This document shows, in pieces, positions 63,445 to 63,961 of a stretch of 63,961 bases of DNA; position 1 is the stretch's first letter; each line of letters begins with the position of its first letter. Below the pieces are notes generated by a model. It was not told where the DNA came from. It did not search any database and worked only from the letters and a program-made list of their open reading frames with translations. Origin of the DNA: Octopus bimaculoides (taxonomy: Eukaryota); NCBI RefSeq assembly GCF_001194135.2, contig NC_068995.1, positions 46,531,999-46,595,959 of the forward strand, in the 5' to 3' direction. The translations under genes and the position numbers were made by a program.

Positions 63445-63631
63445 AGACTCGTGCTCGCTCGTACACGTTCACAAACGCACGCACATAAACACAGACATTA
63501 TATACTGATGCAAACGTGTATCAGGCTATCAGTAGCGTATGCGGTTATAAGTACATATGCTTCAAATTGCTTCAGCTAATGTTGTTTAAACGAAGACAAG
63601 AAATCAATTTCTGGTCCAATTAATTATAAAA

Positions 63632-63856
63632 ATGTTTCCAATAATCTTCATACGATTATTGAAGACATTTATAAAAGACCTTCGTCATAAAGAACAATTA
63701 TGTGTTTGTTTAACATCATTCAAAATTAAGGGCAAAATATTCTTTAGTATAAATAGATCCATATTGACACGCCGGTTCGGGGTTCATTCTAGGATAATAT
63801 CCTGGCTAATGAGTTTCATAAATAGACGTGCCTTCAATGTGTATACATATATATAG
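63632..63856 (+). pseudogene. Possible very old LINE (CR1/Jockey-like) RT domain-3 remnant
   Basis: KIFFSINRSILTRRFGVHSRIISWLMSFINRRAFNV resembles KAFDSVxHxILLxKLxxFGxxGxxLxWxxSFLxxRxxxV; diagnostic D residues are absent. Confidence 0.3.
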
Positions 63857-63961
63857 ATGTCTATATATATATATATAAATATAAATGTGTGTGTATATAT
63901 ACATATATACATGCACATTCAATTTTATATTTATCTAACTATCATATATATATATACATAT

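Overview
Eukaryotic, AT-rich, repeat-dominated DNA from a fragmented draft assembly: about 30 N-gaps totalling roughly 8.5-9 kb, mostly flanked by microsatellites. The SINE and microsatellite landscape looks like a coleoid cephalopod, most likely Octopus (inference from remembered repeat families, not verified by search). No intact protein-coding gene is visible, and most ORFs in the supplied track are microsatellite or gap artefacts. Supported content: (1) many tRNA-derived SINEs of three families, labelled F1, F2 and F3 here, including F1 dimers and a trimer each flanked by a single 16-17 bp target-site duplication; (2) three decayed Tc1/mariner transposase remnants and a Tigger/pogo-type MITE nested in a SINE; (3) L1/Tx1-type LINE ORF2 remnants in two complementary, oppositely oriented pieces, and a probable RTE-type C-terminal zinc knuckle; (4) one candidate spliced exon. 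The most unusual signals are minimal type-I hammerhead ribozyme motifs (one forms the tail of a tRNA-headed SINE) and a palindromic array of 16-bp units rich in CAAGGTCA nuclear-receptor half-sites. Element boundaries were read by eye and may be off by several bases.
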